A DNA stretch of 64,000 nucleotides from Trichoplax adhaerens (lineage: Eukaryota > Animalia > Placozoa): assembly GCF_000150275.1 (NCBI RefSeq), contig NW_002060945.1:6563607-6627606 (forward strand), read 5' to 3'. Position numbers and translations under genes: made by a program. Positions 60,837 to 64,000 of this stretch are shown here, in pieces; the stretch's first letter is position 1; the number at the start of each line of letters is the position of its first letter. The notes below the pieces were generated by a model. The model did no database searches. It saw only the letters and a program-made list of their open reading frames with translations, and was not told where the DNA came from.

Positions 60837-62709
60837 ATGACAACCAGATGGAACACTATTGCAATGGTTGGAGTATTAGCTATGCTCCTTTGCTCCAATG
60901 TAGGTGCCTTAAAAATCGCCGTATTGCCTATGCCTGGCGGAAGTCATATCGTATCTATGAAAACCGTTTCAGAAACGCTAATCAAGAAAGGCCATCAGGT
61001 AGATAGTAATGCAATAAGCCGCATATGAGTAAAGCGTATACTGTACATTAGTGCACAGTATATTTATGAAGAATGAGATTGCAGGCACAAGATGGGAACA
61101 ATATTTACAGTGATAACGATGATCATCATTGCAATCACATCGTTTGTTTCCATGTACTCGTATACTGGATATTCATTTATTAACTTATGTTTAATTAATC
61201 GTGACATAGGTTAGCATAATCTTATCAGAAGATAATCTACCGATGGCCGGTAATGTTCCCGCTATTACTTTCGAAACGATGAAATTTGAAGGTCTTCAAG
61301 GTGCTACTGTAGTAAGAAGCGTATTGGAAATTGCGTCGTTAATGTATTCTCTTCAAGGAACCTTTTGTCGTGATATGCTACGAAACGATACCATTACTAC
61401 TTTAATCAAAGATTATGATATCATTATCACCGACTCTATTTACATTTGTAGCTTTATGCTCCCTCAAATTGTTAACAAACGCAATATCATGATGGGCATA
61501 CAAGGAACACTACTATCTCCTATTGGATATCCAGCCTATCCTAGTAATCCTGCTTATATACCTCAAATGGGAACGACTTATAGTTCGAAAATGAACTTTT
61601 TTCAACGTGTTAAAAATACAATAGCTGCATGCTTAAAAGAACTCGTAATGTTTAACGTTATGAACTATTTAGCATACTCTATTAAACAAGAATTCAACAT
61701 CAGACCCGATTTAGGATTTTATGAATTAATGTTATCGCCAGAAATGACTTTAGTAGCTGGAGATTTCGCTGTAGATTATGCACGACCTATACCGCCAAAT
61801 ATGAAACTAATAGGACCAATATCAAGTGTACCAGCATCTCCGTAACCTGAAGATCTAGAAAACTTTATGGAGAGTTCGGGAGAATACGGTGTAGTTCTTG
61901 TGTCTATGGGAACAATCTTTGAATTTCCTGAAAGTCTGATACCGACATTAGTAGCTGGTTTTAAAAGACTTGAACAGAAAGTTCTATGGAAAACTAAATT
62001 AAACGTTAAGAATCCTCCAGATAACGTTAAAATAGTAAGATGGATGCCACAAAATGATATTTTGGGTCATCCAAAACTAAAAGCATTTATTACTCATGGC
62101 GGATCCAAGAGTTTATACGAGGCCTCTTATCACGGTGTTCCATTAATTGGTATACCGATACAAGCCGAACAGCAATTAAATATAGGAAAGGCAAAAGCTG
62201 CAGGAGTAGCTTTTTTCTTGGATAGGAATAATCTTACACCTGACGCTATTGCTGAGTCAGTAACAGAAATTACTACTAATCCATGGTATGGTATCTGATT
62301 ATACATTATATAGCTAATCAGATCCGTAATTGTTCTATGATTAGTATTTATACTTATCATATAATTTACAAAGTAAGAATTAAATTATAAGAGATTACAT
62401 TGATGTTTTCAATAACTTTTGATGATATATAATAATAGGTACAAAGGAAACATGTCTCGAATATCAAAAAGTATACAATCGCGACCCATATCACCAAGAG
62501 AAGCATTAGTGCAGTGGGTCGAATATATCGCTAACAACGATGTGAGTCATCTAAAGCCAGTAGGACTTGGTATGCCATGGTATCAGTATTACCTTTTAGA
62601 CGTTATATCTTTCCTTGTATTTTGTTTATACTGTATATACAAGATATTCAAGTACTTACTCTGTTGGTGTTGTTGTAGTAAGAATGAAGATAAAATTAAG
62701 CGTGATTAA
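60837..62709 (+). pseudogene. UDP-glycosyltransferase, copy C, with a single in-frame TAA at 61843-61845 (recent pseudogene, null allele or sequence error)
   Basis: Near-identical to copy B with intact splice sites and frame. ORF 61243-61845 stops at ..VPASP* and the same frame continues PEDLENFMESSG.. through the signature to KIKRD. Confidence 0.75.
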
Positions 62710-64000
62710 CGACTGTTTTAATTTATACTTCATTGTCAAAATTAAGTTATATAATTATTTACATATAGTTGAGATAGAATTTAATATGACACTAAATAAT
62801 TTAAGAATTATAAAGCATAAAGAGATTTTTAAACAGTCACATGTCATATTACTATAAGAAACAATTAGTAATTAGACGCATAGTAAATCTTAATTATAAA
62901 TTTCAGCGTATTGTTTAATTTTCTCGATAAGATTTACATTCATACCGTACTTTGCATGCAAGGGTAATGCATATGTTATTTTCTGCTATAATAGGTACAT
63001 GCTATTTTAGTTATCTATGTCAACGCAGATATGCTTGCAATTGATATATTCACTCTTTTATTGTATACCGTAGTTCTTAATTCAACTATACTTTGCGGAA
63101 AATTGACTAAATAAGCATAGCGTTTACACGTGTTGTAATGATAACTTTAAATCAGTTATGCTATCGATGCGGCAGAGTAATAGCTAAGCAATACTTTAAA
63201 TAATGTAATGTGCAGTATACCCTTATACTTGATTTGTTGACGTTATTATTATTATACTATGTTTGAATAATTTTTCATAAATATGTGCTATGCGGCTGCA
63301 TACACATAAATAAGAGTATTATATATCTAGTTCGCGTAATAAATATTTTCTAATTAACTGTAAGTACCTACAATGTACAGTAGGATCAAGTTTTACAATG
63401 GTTGTCGTATTTATGAAGAAAGATTTGTTATACTCAGCTTTCCACAGCAGAATCATGCGGATGCTATACTGTATTTTTTAATCATACATATAAACATTTT
63501 GGCACAAAAAGTTTCTTAAGCTATATTGTAGCAAATATCAGACTAAATCGCTGATATGCAAACAAAGACTATGTAACGATACATGTTGCACGGGTATACA
63601 AACTGTGTAAAATAGATGTCGTATCATTTCTTGGTATTATACTTCAAACGACCCCTAAGCTTACAACATCTGTTTTACATCTAGGTGTACTGTAAATTGC
63701 AAAAAATGCTGTTATCCCGTCATTCCCGTACGGGTACACTTCGCTGCAGGGCAATTATCCAATTTAGATATTGCATGAGAGACTCCATCATTTTATCAAT
63801 TTTATTAACTACATTCGCATATATGGGAAGGATATGTTTTATTATTCGGTATACACTTAAAGTCTTAACTATAGCGCTTATACGCGTATACGGCATAATC
63901 GAGCCGTAACTTTTCGGTTTACAGAAGCTAAATTCGCCAATGTACACTAGTCACTTAAGGCTCGTTATACAGAATAACACGCCAAATTTAATCAAATACA

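Larger units (their letters stand above)
56330..63845 (+). repeat. Segmental tandem duplication carrying UGT copies B and C (units about 56330-60400 and 60410-63845)
   Basis: Promoter blocks (ctgatgcaga..; aatggactgt..ttaaaggtcaaccctg), introns, CDS and about 1.1 kb of 3' flank (e.g. gaaattgactaaataagcatagc, tatttatgaagaaagattt, ctccatcattttatca) align between the two units. Confidence 0.88.

Noticed and set aside
51488-62709. Horizontal transfer of the intron-poor UGTs
   Set aside because: They have a signal peptide, C-terminal TM helix, dilysine-type ER motif and two shared spliceosomal introns, all typical of native animal UGTs.
63845-64000. Start of a fourth UGT copy
   Set aside because: Similarity to the B/C spacer fades at about 63845 and the promoter blocks seen before B and C do not appear before the window ends; cannot be supported from this window.

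Overview
AT-rich, gene-dense eukaryotic (animal) genomic DNA with very many short GT-AG introns. The gene content and intron style resemble an early-branching metazoan such as the placozoan Trichoplax (inference, not verified). Reading splice sites by hand gives ten genes: the 3' part of ATR (+); an ODF3/SHIPPO-repeat ciliary gene (-); STOML2 (+); an inactive myotubularin of the MTMR10/11/12 type (+); two head-to-head ZP-domain membrane protein genes, one with an unusual Cys-rich N-terminal domain (-) and one with kringle plus 8 EGF (+); a PDZ-RGS-C1-DH-PH RhoGEF (-); and three tandem UDP-glycosyltransferases (+), the last with an in-frame stop. No rRNA, tRNA, CRISPR or transposase was seen. 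The main unexplained signal is a dispersed, self-complementary TACTG/CAGTA/GTAC element family concentrated upstream of gene starts, including two apparently homologous ~90-bp foldback units 43.6 kb apart. Other notable items: an RFX+forkhead cassette upstream of the ciliary gene, nuclear-receptor/XRE-like motifs upstream of the UGTs, gene conversion plus a hypervariable patch in the UGTs, and a duplicated splice acceptor that could give a secreted kringle-only isoform. Exon boundaries are manual reads and need RNA-seq confirmation.
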